In this document: positions 10,204-22,830 of the stretch, one piece after another
How positions within the stretch are numbered: position 1 is the stretch's first letter
How the letters are laid out: the number at the start of each line of letters is the position of its first letter
Source: Saprolegnia diclina VS20
Lineage: Eukaryota
DNA: 36,585 nt
Direction of reading: 5' to 3'
NCBI RefSeq assembly: GCF_000281045.1
Contig: NW_008246082.1
Location: forward strand, 323,986 to 360,570
Notes under the pieces: generated by a model
What the model was told of the DNA's origin: nothing
The model's input: only the letters and a program-made list of their open reading frames with translations
Database searches by the model: none
Program-made: the position numbers and the translations under genes

Positions 10204-10638
10204 ATCCGGACAGTATTATAGTATCCGGATTTTCGGCGTGGCAAGCTGCAAGGTGAGCGAGGTGGATCGACATTCGGAGCTTGGAATAAAGTCTCTAGTT
10301 TCGTTCGATGGGAATAGAAGACACCACAGGAGTCCAAAAACTCCAGAATGATGCTCGTAGCAAACCTACAGCATGTGCTGTGCACCGTTCAAGTTGGTGC
10401 GAACTGATACATTGAGCCTAGTATCAATGTATCAATGTATCAGCTTCCGCGAACTTGAACGGCGCACAGTACTCGCTGTAGGCACGCTACGAGCACCATT
10501 CTAGAGTTTTTGGACTCCATGTGAAGCCTTCTTTTCACATCGAACAAAACAAGACACTTCATTTTGAGCTCCGAATGTCAATCCACCTCGCTCACCTTGC
10601 AGCTTGCCGCGCCGAATATCCGATAGAACTGTCCGGAT
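10204..10638. mobile_element. Foldback/MITE-like element with long inverted arms of ~210 bp (may extend to ~10165-10664)
   Basis: 10234-10281 matches the reverse complement of 10567-10614 at 46/48 nt. ggagtccaaaaactc pairs with gagtttttggactcc, ccgttcaagtt with aacttgaacgg, ctgatacattga with tcaatgtatcag, and atccggacagt with actgtccggat. No coding capacity; no TSD found. Confidence 0.8.
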
Positions 10639-11182
10639 AAAATCGGCTCCGCAAAAATGCCCTGTTGCATGACAGAAGACAACAATCCAATGCTAGGGGC
10701 CGCCCACCATGCATGGACCTACCACGTCGGTGGCCTTTCGAGTCGAAAAGCCGCGGCGACGACCAGCTCAGTGTAAATTGTACTTATCTAAACCGACTGA
10801 CCTGGACGACCCCAACCTCATCACCCGTGTTGACGTTCATCTCGCCACAACGACTGGGAAGTCACAACATCCATTGAAAGTCGACAACTGGAGAAAGCCA
10901 TCACACGCATGTATGCCTAGTAGTACAAGGGATGGCTGAGCCAAGGTATGCACAATCTGGGTTCACAAGTGACTCTGGAAGCAAGCCAATGCGTAGTTGC
11001 AGCGTCTTGAAGCCATGTTGCTCGGCTGTACCGGTAGATTTTCAAAAGCCTCGCAGCAAGACGAAGCCTCTCCTTCATCACCGATTTGTGTACTACGACG
11101 GTGCTAGTGCGATGTATGCAGTTCAGCTGACAAAAGATGATTGCTATAAAAAGACCAGCCGTGTTTTCTGATTCGGACGCTC

Positions 11183-12989
11183 ATGGCGCAGCTCGAAGGG
11201 TACCGGTGCCCGATCGTCGTGCGCACGGCGCTCATTCAACCCTACGACATGCCTCGTTTCATGGGCGAAGTCATCTCACAGCTCCACGAGCTAAGTCACT
11301 GGACGACCAAGTGCGCAACCCTGCTCAACCAACACCACCCCTTCCACGCGACACCGCCAATGCCCAAACCATCAGTCCCCACAACAATCCTATCGGAAGT
11401 CGAGCTGCTCAAACGCAGCCTCAACGTTGTCGAGAAGCAGCAGTCCAACAAGCTCGTGACCGAAATCGCCTATCTCCAGTGCGCGCTGCGGAGCGAAGCC
11501 GACGAGAAAATGACCGCGTTCGAACACTTTGTCGAAACGCGCCTTGGCCAAAGCATCCGCGAGGTACACCATTTCTTGGATTTGATTAAGAAACGTCATC
11601 CACTCGGCTGTGATAGCACACGCAAGTCCTTCAGACGCAGCAGGACGCAATTGCAACCAAGATGGAAGCTGTCGCCGCCACCATGGTCCTCGTGCGCTCG
11701 GAAGTAGACGCACTTCAGACCCGCGTCGACCATGTCGAGGAGATGCTTGAAACGAATGCAAGCGTCACGTCCGAGGCGCTTCAGCGCTTACATACGGACG
11801 CAGCCCACTGCGCAAAACAGCGCGAGAAGGTCGATATGGGCATGGGCAACCAACTGGTTAAAACACTCCGACGCTTATATTTGATGTCTAATATACGGAA
11901 ATGGGTGTAGGCGCAAACGCGACTGCACGTGCAAGACGCGATTGGGAGTCTCAAAGTACAGCTCTACGACTGGGTCCACGTCAAAATCTACATACCAATG
12001 CACTAGGGGGCCCACGCCCAACTGGTCCACCGCATGGAGACGATCCGCGTCGAGCTCCACGATGCAGTCGACCATATTCGAAAAAACACACAACAACACG
12101 ATAAGCTACTCACGCGCATTGCGCGCGGCACGCTGGGCTTTGACGGCGTCAAAATCACGGTACCGTGTTGGACCCTACCCCTTCTAAGCACTGGGGTTAG
12201 GGCCCGACGACAAGTCCCAGCAAAAGAGACAACGTGTCGTGTGGGACGCGACCAAAGTCGGCACGTGCTGCGGGCCCCCGACTCCAGCCCCCAGGGTGTA
12301 CGTACACATCCCATATTGGCTACGCCCATCCACATTTTGTACAACAGTGAGCAACCAGTTGCTGTATGCCAACGCAACCTTACCGGGTACTACGAGTCGT
12401 CAAGAGCCACCGGTGTGCCCAGGACAAGAACAACCCGTGGAAGAGACGGACGACGCCACGCTGGAGCGCTCCGAGTCGCTCCAGGCTCTGTTTCAGAGCT
12501 TGCGAAAACCAGTCGTCGCCCTGGAGACCACCAAACTCGAGATCGAAGCCATGTCGCCGCTCGAGACTGCCCCTTGCTATGTCTTGGACAAAGGCCAAAC
12601 GGTACCGTTGCAGCCGTCGGATACGCGGCAGTTTAGCTTGCAGCCGACACCGCGACTGCAATCGAGCTCTGGTGTGCGAAGCTCGTCTGTCGTGAGTACG
12701 CCAGCCGTTGGCGACCGCATTTCCGGCACCAAGCGCGATGCCGTACGAAGTGCAGCGTCGAAACGACCTCGCAAGCCCGAGGTAGTGTCACCTTCAGTGC
12801 CTCTTCACGGCTTCCTTTATGCCTGGTTGACAGGCGGGAAGCTCCTCGGTCAAGCTGGGTCCACCGACGCGGCCGCAGTCGGCGCGTCTCAAGCCCACAG
12901 CCTCCTTCCTCCCAGCTCCCGAGTTGGTCAAGATGCAGATCGCAACCGCGCGACGTGCCGAGACCGACGATAGTACACCGGCAGGATAG
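11183..12989 (+). CDS. Uncharacterised coiled-coil protein with a low-complexity S/P/R-rich tail, about 7 exons
   Basis: ORF pieces join through GT-AG introns: ...GQSIRE|HTQVLQ...KQREK|AQTRL...SLK|GAHAQ...VKIT|GPTTSP...|LSNQLL...RKPE|AGSSSVKLGPPTRPQSARLK...PAG*. Stop TAG at 12987-12989; heptad-rich middle region. Confidence 0.65.
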
Positions 12990-13016
12990 CACCATGTGAA
13001 GAATAATGTTGTAGTT

Positions 13017-16000
13017 TCAAGTTTGGGTCTCAAAGGACCGCCTAGTCGATGCCTGGAGCTTCTCGACTTGGGTTGCTTCAAGCGTGGCGAGCTCCTTTAG
13101 CTCTTGGCCGAGATCGCGTATTCGGGCATGGCTCATAGCCGCTACGTTCGACCCGATGCGGCGCTTCGCTTCTTTTCGCAAAGCGCGGATTTCCATCGCT
13201 TGCTGTACGAGCTACACAGCATCGATATCAGTCGGCTCAACAGACCACTAGTCGCCCTACCTGTTGCTCGAGCTCCTTTTCCCGTCGATAGGACTGCTTT
13301 TGAGCAGCCTTGAGATCGCGGTGCCGAGCCTCACGGGCGCCAAGGTCATCGATCGTGGCCTGGAGCTGCTGGATCGTGTCTTGGCTCGCATCTAGCTCGG
13401 CTTGCAGCGCCCGCATACCGTCGCGCTCTCGCTTTTGCAGCGAGTGGAGTGTCTTTAGCTGTACTTCCTTTTCAGCTTTGGCAGTGAGCACACGCTGGAG
13501 CACGGTACGCAGCGCCGTCGTATACTGCAGCCAGATCGTCTCGTTTGCGTGCGTCCACGGCCCCGGCACTGTGGCGGGGTCACTGCCATTACTGAGCCAC
13601 ACGCAGAGATTATGGCCCAATGGCATGCACCAGCGCGCGTGTAGGCGGTTCTTCTCGCTCGAAATGACAACGTCGTACAAGGGAAAGAGCAGCTGGAGGT
13701 GGTCCCGTGCCGTGTTGCGCACCGACGCCTCGTCGTCGGCTGCATACAGTTCAGCGAGGTAGCCAAGGCACGCTTGCATGGCCCGTGACTCGTCCGAGAT
13801 AGATGCGCATTTCGCCACAAGGTCGTCAACTTGGGTGTGCACTTCGCTGTACAAGGCTTCTTTGGCAGCGGACGCTGTTGCGAGTGCGGTCGTCGACAGG
13901 ACGGCCGCAAACACCTTGGTCAAAGCGGGGGCAAGTTCATCGCGCACGACAGCGTCAGCGACGTCATCAAAAAAGCTGAGCGTCGGAGACTGGAGAAGGA
14001 CAGTCGCGACGTCGCTCTGCACGCGCACGTCAAAGAGGAGGAGGCTCTCGGTCGCGTGCTTCTTCCAGAGGGCAGCGTCGCGTCGGCAGCGGTCGTCGTC
14101 GTGCACGGACGGAACCGACAGAATGGTCGTATCGAGTGCTTGGAGTCGCACTTGGCCCTCAAACCACGCAACGAGTGCTGGCTTTTCTTCTGCATTCGAA
14201 GTGTAAAACGAAGCATGGACCCCATCAACCGCCCAGAGCGGGTTCTTTGATAGGCTTCCCGTCACCGCTGCCGAGAGCTGCGCGAGAGTGGAGAGTCCTA
14301 CCCAGTACGATGCAGCACGGCTCGAAGCAATGTACTAGTACCTAAAAGGCCTTCGAGGTAGGATTCGGCAGGAGGAAGGGCGTCAACGGTGACAGGAGCC
14401 GCGGGAAAGACTGCTTCCAACTGCGGGTGGTCGGTGGTCGCGAAACTGGATCGTTTTGGCTGTGTGACGCTGGACGCACGCGACGCCACCGTCGAGAGGC
14501 GACGTGACGTCTGCCGGCGCGATGCTGCGTCCTTGGCCATGTCGGATTCGACGAGCCGCTGAACATGGCTGGAAAGAAACCTAGACTCCGTTCTTGTGAC
14601 GTTCCGAGGTTGATGACAAACAGACGTACTTGGCAAATTGGGCGAGGAGGTCGACTTCAAAGGCCGAGAAGGCGGCTTCGTAGCGCGACGCTTGAAGCAG
14701 GCCGAGCACGTAATTGGTCGTTTGGCTCTGGAGTGACACGAGCAGCTTGTGTTCGAGCGTCGCGCTGTTGTACGTCTGCACGGTGGCGCCACTGAGAATA
14801 GCGCGCTGCGTCTAGATTCACTCCAATGTTCAGCCTCGTACAAATAAAAGAATATGGCTACGTCATGATCAACAAAGGCCGATGCTGGCATTTGCTTGAG
14901 CGACTGATCAAGAGGGTCGACCCAAAAGAACTGCTCGCGCGTGCACCAGTAGAGCTGCAGAAGCGACTGTGGCACCATTGTCGTTAGCGCTTGCGTTGTC
15001 CTCTAGTATGTCCAATATTGCTTCGACGACAATATTGTCAACAATTGTTTACGGCACCATGGAGAGGTCGGGAAGCGACGTTGACGCCAACGCATCGGGC
15101 TGCAGCGAGAGCAAAATCTGCTGAAAGTTGAGGAGTTGGACGCGGTCGCGCACGTGGTCTACCCCGCTTTAGTGCAGTTTTGTACAACAACTTGGAGGCC
15201 AGTACCTTGCAGGTCGTGGACTTGGTCCAGCAGCGCGTCGCGTTCTTTGGCGACTTCAACGTGCTTCTCTATGTGCTCTGCGACGCGGGCGTCTGTGGCT
15301 TTTTGCACCACACCAAGGCGCAGAATGGCTTGCAACAGCGACGTCATAAGTGTCCAAACGGGCGCTGTGGCCGACGTAGCTATCAACTGCTGTCACACAT
15401 TGCGTGCAACTAGACGGCGCATGTACCTGGTCCTGTGGTCGCATGGACAACTAGCACCATTGGCGGGACATCGAGCGATGCTGGCTTCACCGCGACACTG
15501 ACGAGCATTTGGTAAGGGACGTCGACATCGAGAAAGCCGTCAACGTCGGCATTGTAAGGACTAGACGCGAGCTCGTTCGCAGCGAGCACGACCGGCGACT
15601 CGGACTGCAGAGCGAGCCCGGCAACGCCGAGGTGTCCGGGATACGTCGTTGCGGGGCCTCTCTACGGGAAATTTTTGATTGTGATCATAGTGGAGACGAC
15701 GTCAGTCTCGTACTGCAGCGCCCACAACCGCGAGAAGCTTCAAGTAGTCGTCGCCGGCACAAAGCAAACTAACCATGTGGATCGTTGGCAGCGCACCGAT
15801 GGCTTTGCACAGTTTCTACGATTCGTATTGCATACGTCTGCAACCCTTTTGTTTGTACGTACGTCACTCGACCAGTCGCTGGGCGCAGCCTGGAGCAGCT
15901 TGAGAAGCTCTTGCAAGCCGTGGGTCACGACACGCGTCTCATGCTCGCGGTCCTAGACGCGCACCGTTCGTTTCCATCCGCATCAAAAGGCCTTTTACAA

Positions 16001-19000
16001 GGGTGTGGGAGCGCAGTGCACGCGTTACGTCGGTTTGCGCGGCTTCGAGCGCTTGGCAGGCGTCATTTCTGGCCAAAATCGAGTGTTCGGCATCCTGAAG
16101 GGCGTGCTGCAGCGTCCATTGCTTGTACGCAAGCCCCATCACAAACGCCAGCTGGTCCCAGAGACCTGTCGTCTTGGCCAACGACGTCTACGTCAGTCAC
16201 TCAGCGCCCATGACAAGCTGCCTTCACCGTACGTCAAAGGCGTCAATGTTCAACAGACCAACCAGATTGTCGTCTGGAGACCGAAGGACGATCGAGACGC
16301 TCTTCTCGGACCGCCGGACGAACGTGGCATGGACAGCGATCGCAGCGGCTACTTCGGCGTCCTCTACACCAGCTTTCAATGGTCATCATCTCTGAAAACA
16401 CAGCATCACCTGCGGTTGTGCGCCACTGCAACTCGACGCGGGCAGCGTGAAGCATGACCTTGACGTGACCGGCGGCCATCTAGAGAGATGACACATCGTG
16501 ACATACCATAACGGATGCGACACGTACTTGAGCAAATGCCGCGCGTGACGTCGCCGACTCGGTTGCGCGCGTCAGCTGAAGCAGGTCCATGCCGACGCCG
16601 TTCGCATCCGACAGAAAATGCATTTTTTGCTGACTGTACTTTTCACCAAGGGCTTCCATCGCAAGGGTGTGGGCCACGAGCTGGCACACAAGACTGCCGA
16701 GAAGCCGCAGCCACGGCCAGTACTGATACGGCTCGATCGGGTGCTCGATGATAACGACGAGTAGCACAATGCAGTCTTCTGTGAGCTTGACGCGGAGACA
16801 GCACCACTCATGCGTCGACTCGCTGTGCGTCACCGACCACGCTGGAAAGACGTCGGCGATCGCCACTTCCAAATCCGACGACATTGACGAGGACAATGGC
16901 CTTTGCTTGACGAGCCTAGACGCAACAATAGCTAGCGCTTTTGAATTGAAGCGGTTGCATACTTGAAGGCGAGACCGTCCGTGGCGCGGTCTTCGTCGAG
17001 AAGAAGCTGCACCAAAGCCATCGCTTTGCTGTCGTGACTCGGCATTAGGACGGTGCGGCGGCGCTGCAGTTGATCTTCTTTCGGAATCACCACATACACG
17101 TGCGCTTCGTGGGCGCATGGCAGCTGCCCTAAGCTTTCCTCGACGCTCTCAAGGGCATGCCCCCAGAAATCTCGCTTGGTCGGCCACTGCTGGATGAGCG
17201 CCATCACGCGGTTCACTGCCAACGTTGCAGCTGTTGCGAGGTCCAGCTGACGCTTCTTCGCCGTGTCCAGCGCTTGCGACGCATGGAAGTGGTCGGCGGC
17301 TTTGGTTTGCTGAGCGAGCGCCTCGTTCGTCGCGATGCGTGCGAGGGCGCGGTCGATGTGACTCGCCAGATGAAGCTCCTCCAGTACCACGAGAACGCGC
17401 TGCCGCAAGGCGAGGTAGTCGGCCGCCGGCAAGCTATCTCGGCACTGCACCTCCAAGACGCCGAGAAGCGTGCGCGGCGTCTTGTCCTGATGCCACAGTG
17501 GCAGGTACATGTCGTGAAGGCTCTGTCGATTGTCGAGACGACCTTCCAACGCAGACGGTGTGTCAGTAAAGGGGCACGACCCGACCGGTCCGTCGCCAAA
17601 CGCGACTTCGATTTTTGGCTCGAGACTCCACAGCACCCGCCGGGTGTGGTCGGCCACGTACAAGACGACCGAGCCAGATGTCTGCAATAGGCGCGGCAGC
17701 AGCTGTCGCACCGCACCAAAGAGCCTCTCGGTGCAACTCAGCGCGTGCATGCACTCGTAGCCGTTTTGAAGAAAGGCCATGGCACCTTGGGTCGCGCGCA
17801 GCTGCGTCTCGAGCGACGTGGCGGTCGCCGCGTACTCGACCAGCGCTCGGTCCTGCGTCGCCGATTTGCTGGCATATGCCACACGCGTGTCCAGCACACT
17901 GAACGCGATCGTACAGGCCAAAAGCACCCAGCGTCGGGCCTGTACAATATGACAATAAGAGGTTCGAAGACACTAGAGTTAATGATTACCGTGGCATGGG
18001 TCGTCGGTGATGCTTGGGTGCCGTAGAGAATACCGAGCAGCCGACGCGGCTCGTGTGTGCTATAGATCGGTGCGCAGAGGACAGTCTTGTCGTCGTCGCT
18101 GCGGGAGACCGGCGTCTCAATCATCGACTGCGCCTGTGCATACACGGCAGCCACGTACTTCGCTTCGACCTGCGACCGACAGGAAGCGCCAGCGGCAAGC
18201 GCACTCGCGTCGTGCCACTGTGCATAACCCAGGTCCAAGAGGCTTTGAGCAGCGTTCTGCACAAGCGATGGCGCGTCGTCCACAGTCGCAGACACGACGG
18301 TATGGACCAGGGCCAAACATTGCGTGACGCAGTCGAGCTGCTTGGCATACGTCGTGACGGTGCTTGCAGTGATCGCTGCCGTGTCTTTCGACTCGGTATT
18401 GGCGTCTTGCAGCTGCTCGAGCCGGTTGTAGAGTCCATTCGTGCTACAGAGGACCTCGTTTTTGACTCGAGTATCCATGGACGTACTGTTGCCAGCGCTG
18501 GTATAGCTGTGCGAGCGCGCGTTTGAGCGATGGCAGCACGCGACGTTCGAACGGCTCTCGATGCCGCTGGCCTTTGGCAGCGTGAACCGTCAAGAAGACG
18601 AGAGCGCCATGAAGGCTGCCATGGTCGTCGAATACAGGCGATGCGCACATCCATTCGAAACTCACGTCGGACGGCAACTGCGCCTTCTCGATGGGAAACC
18701 CTGTAACAAGGCCCAGACTCGCGACATACAAGCCCGTGGTCACCACACTGCCACTCTTGCAGGCATGACCCACAATGCCAGAGGTCGTTGATACGTCCAT
18801 CGACAAGCGGCGGGTGGTCAGCACAGATTGCGTTGCGTCGAGCGCGAGGTAGTACGCGTGCGAGTAGAGCCATGGTGTGCACTCGGCGATGACAGCATCT
18901 TCAATGCGCTACGCAAGCACCATCAATGATCAGTGAAAGAGACTGAGATGGTTACCTTGGCCAGCACGGCGGTCGAGATCTTGTCGACGGCGCAGGTCGC

Positions 19001-21749
19001 AAGCGCCGCCACGAGGCGTTGCTCCAGCAAGTGGACTTCCGTCTCAATTTGGTGCGTCGTGAGCTCGCGCAGCTGCTCGTGGGCCCAGACGGCGAGCGCT
19101 TGGGCATTCTCGACGCGGGCCGACCACGCATCTTGCTCGAGACAGCGCATGAGCAGACTCGAGATGTAGAGTGCGAGGGACTCGAGAAGATGTGTCGTGA
19201 CGTCGTCCAATGGCTCGAGCCGGCCAAAGGCGACGAGGCCGTGTACGGTGCTAGTTGAAACAAGTGGCACCACCAGTAGTGTTGTCGCAGCGCGTTGATA
19301 CAGACGGCTCAGCACAGGTGAGAGCCAAGCCCCCGTGGTTGACGTCTCCTACTATCATGATAAAGCGTACACGCGTACTAGGGTTTGTACCGTCGACGCC
19401 GTCTTCGTCTCTAGCGCTTGCGCCAACAGCGGTTCTTCGTTTAAAACAGCTACGACGCGGTCACCTCCTCGGCTCATCGTCCAGAGCTGCCCATCATCCG
19501 CCAGCAACAACAAGTCCGCGGTGGTCGCCAAATTCGCTGCTGGCACAATGGTATGCACACGCTGCATGAGATCAGCGGATGACGTCACGTTCACCTCGAG
19601 TGCATCCCACGCATGACGCATCTGCGCCAAAATCGCCACATGCCGGTCCCACCGCGCGCGTAGCCGTGTCCTAATCTTCTGTGCATATCATATCACAGCA
19701 TCAAAGCGCGTACCGTTCAGACGCTGCTTCCGTGCTCCTGTCGACGCGAGCTATCGCGCGGGGCAGCCACGCTTCAAGCAACTCGACGCAAAGCTCCATC
19801 TCCGAGAGTACGTGATCGATGGCGACTTCAAGGCAGCCCGCGATCGACGTCAGTGGAAAACACACGACGGCCGTTGGCTCAATGCCCGCGCGCGTATCGA
19901 AGGTCGGGTCGTACGCTGGGTGCGCTGGCGAGGCGCACGTGAGCGCGTGGGACATGGCACACACGAGTGGCACGCCGGACGTCACATAAAGGTGCTCGTC
20001 CGCGACCCATGTCTGCAACCCATTCTCGCAGGGCCAGAAGAGCGTCGCCCGGGGCACGTCAAAGTGGCTGCAAAAGAAGGCATCGACCGCCATCGTGATT
20101 TCGGGGCGCGTCGCCGTATCCAATTGCAAAAGGCTTGAGAGAAAGGCCAGCTGGGTGGCGTCCCGGCTGCGCGCTGTCACCACCTCAGCGTGCTCGTGCT
20201 GCGCTGTAGTATACGCGCTCTGGATGGTGTCGCACTGGAAGATGAGAGCGAGCACCGTGCAGCACGACTGCACAAGCAATTTCCACGTGCCCCGGGGCGC
20301 CGAATTGGGAATGGCGACGCCAAACGCCCCCGTGGCCTCGGAAGATACAACGAAGGCTTTGGTAATGTACTGTACATCGTCGTCGTGGTCGATGACGACA
20401 GCTGTCTTGGCAGAGATGGCGTGGGCGAGCTGCTCGTACGCCTTGCGCGCATGGTGCTATACGGTTTATCAACTCAAGAGTATGGAGGGCGTGTACGCAC
20501 GTCGGTGGATGTCATCGGTGGATCGTGGGGCAAGCGCAAGAGGAAGCACACGCCACTATCACGCGTGATACCGCCGAGGAAACTGTGCAGCGTATGCTCG
20601 AGAGAGTCTTGGGGCGAGCGCAGCAGCAGCTGCAGCATGCCCGTTTCGAGNNNNNNNNNNNNNNNNNNNNNNNNNNNNNNNNNNNNNNNNNNNNNNNNNN
20701 NNNNNNNNNNNNNNNNNNNNNNNNNNNNNNNNNNNNNNNNNNNNNNNNNNNNNNNNNNNNNNNNNNNNNNNNNNNNNNNNNNNNNNNNNNNNNNNNNNNN
20801 NNNNNNNNNNNNNNNNNNNNNNNNNNNNNNNNNNNNNNNNNNNNNNNNNNNNNNNNNNNNNNNNNNNNNNNNNNNNNNNNNNNNNNNNNNNNNNNNNNNN
20901 NNNNNNNNNNNNNNNNNNNNNNNNNNNNNNNNNNNNNNNNNNNNNNNNNNNNNNNNNNNNNNNNNNNNNNNNNNNNNNNNNNNNNNNNNNNNNNNNNNNN
21001 NNNNNNNNNNNNNNNNNNNNNNNNNNNNNNNNNNNNNNNNNNNNNNNNNNNNNNNNNNNNNNNNNNNNNNNNNNNNNNNNNNNNNNNNNNNNNNNNNNNN
21101 NNNNNNNNNNNNNNNNNNNNNNNNNNNNNNNNNNNNNNNNNNNNNNNNNNNNNNNNNNNNNNNNNNNNNNNNNNNNNNNNNNNNNNNNNNNNNNNNNNNN
21201 NNNNNNNNNNNNNNNNNNNNNNNNNNNNNNNNNNNNNNNNNNNNNNNNNNNNNNNNNNNNNNNNNNNNNNNNNNNNNNNNNNNNNNNNNNNNNNNNNNNN
21301 NNNNNNNNNGTGTACTCTGGCAAGAGCGGGAGGTCGACCTCGGCGCAGTAGTCGTCGTCTTGCGAGAGCTCGTCGAGCGACAAGCAAAGCGCGGATTGCT
21401 CCGAGATGGCGCGCCACGCGAGGCCGCGAAGGGGAATGGACGTGGTAGCGGTCAGAAAACAGTGCTTGGCGCTGTCGACGCGCAGCAGAATGCTGGCGGA
21501 GGCACCAACGTACTGCTCGAGCAGTGCGCGCACGGCGGGGACGAGACTCGGCCGGCGCAAGTGCTGCAGCAAGACGACGACGGTGGTCGCGAGCGCGTCC
21601 TGGAGGAGGGACTGCTGCGCCAGCTGCGCGTGTGCACTCTGCGCCTGGAGCTCGAGGCGCTGCGTCTCGTGGACCTGGTACGCGTACTTGCGCTGGATCG
21701 TGTCGAGCTGCGCGGCCAAGAGGTGGACGCCATGGCCCGGTTCCGCCAT
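13017..21749 (-). CDS. Very large multi-exon protein of repeated degenerate GAF-like domains linked by coiled coils (spans an assembly gap)
   Basis: Start MAEPGHGVHLL at 21749. GAF-like segments include ASILLRVDSAKHCF...GLAWRAI...DDDYCAEVD; RATLFWP...AYDPTFDTRAGIEPTAVVCFPL...GCLEV; VVLYVADHTRRVLWS...GDGPVG...MYLPL...LLGVLEV; TLLVVPLV...VHGLVAF; TVLCAPI...LLGILY; VLGLLQASR...FSAFEVDLLAQF. A C-terminal coiled coil ends RRSFETQT* at 13019-13017. This could be more than one gene. Confidence 0.68.
20651..21309. other. Assembly gap (N run) inside the GAF-repeat gene
   Basis: Run of N bases. Confidence 1.
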
Positions 21750-22058
21750 GCTGCGGAGTGATTTGTTCGTTTGGCAGATCTTCCATTTTGCACGGGCAAT
21801 GTTATCCGGATAGACCACATTGCGCGCGGCTCGCATCGCGCTCGACAGCGCGCGTCGATGCGAAAATAGTGTAGAGGGACAGAGTAAGTGGTAAGTCGTC
21901 TTCCATACGCAGTGCCACCGAGATTTGCGATCCAGCGGACCCGCCACTTTATTAGTATCAACATATCAGGTGGGCCCGCATCGTATTTGGTCAAATACAA
22001 AAATGACAACCATTTTGGCCAATCCGAATGCATTTTTACGTTGGCTGCTCCACGCCGA

Positions 22059-22628
22059 NNNNNNNNNNNNNNNNNNNNNNNNNNNNNNNNNNNNNNNNNN
22101 NNNNNNNNNNNNNNNNNNNNNNNNNNNNNNNNNNNNNNNNNNNNNNNNNNNNNNNNNNNNNNNNNNNNNNNNNNNNNNNNNNNNNNNNNNNNNNNNNNNN
22201 NNNNNNNNNNNNNNNNNNNNNNNNNNNNNNNNNNNNNNNNNNNNNNNNNNNNNNNNNNNNNNNNNNNNNNNNNNNNNNNNNNNNNNNNNNNNNNNNNNNN
22301 NNNNNNNNNNNNNNNNNNNNNNNNNNNNNNNNNNNNNNNNNNNNNNNNNNNNNNNNNNNNNNNNNNNNNNNNNNNNNNNNNNNNNNNNNNNNNNNNNNNN
22401 NNNNNNNNNNNNNNNNNNNNNNNNNNNNNNNNNNNNNNNNNNNNNNNNNNNNNNNNNNNNNNNNNNNNNNNNNNNNNNNNNNNNNNNNNNNNNNNNNNNN
22501 NNNNNNNNNNNNNNNNNNNNNNNNNNNNNNNNNNNNNNNNNNNNNNNNNNNNNNNNNNNNNNNNNNNNNNNNNNNNNNNNNNNNNNNNNNNNNNNNNNNN
22601 NNNNNNNNNNNNNNNNNNNNNNNNNNNN
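22059..22628. other. Assembly gap (N run) in the divergent intergenic region
   Basis: Run of N bases. Confidence 1.
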
Positions 22629-22830
22629 TGTTAGTTAACAAGTGCGTACTAGTGTTAGCTGCTAGCTACTTAGTAGATCCTGGTTGCGCTCTACCGGCAT
22701 CTCAACGAGGCAGGTCGAGACGATTCTGTGAACCCTGTCACCGATCTTTAACACTATTAAAGATGATGGTTTCACACTAAATCACCACTTTCGACCGTTA
22801 TTGCGTCGGCGCCAACGTCCACGGACCAGC

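Noticed and set aside
22629..22680. TAG/CTA-rich low-complexity stretch beside the gap
   Set aside because: Too short and truncated by Ns to define a repeat or element.
20190..22780. Long ORFs containing X runs
   Set aside because: Artefacts of translating through N gaps; only the minus-strand exon 21749-21310 is credible.
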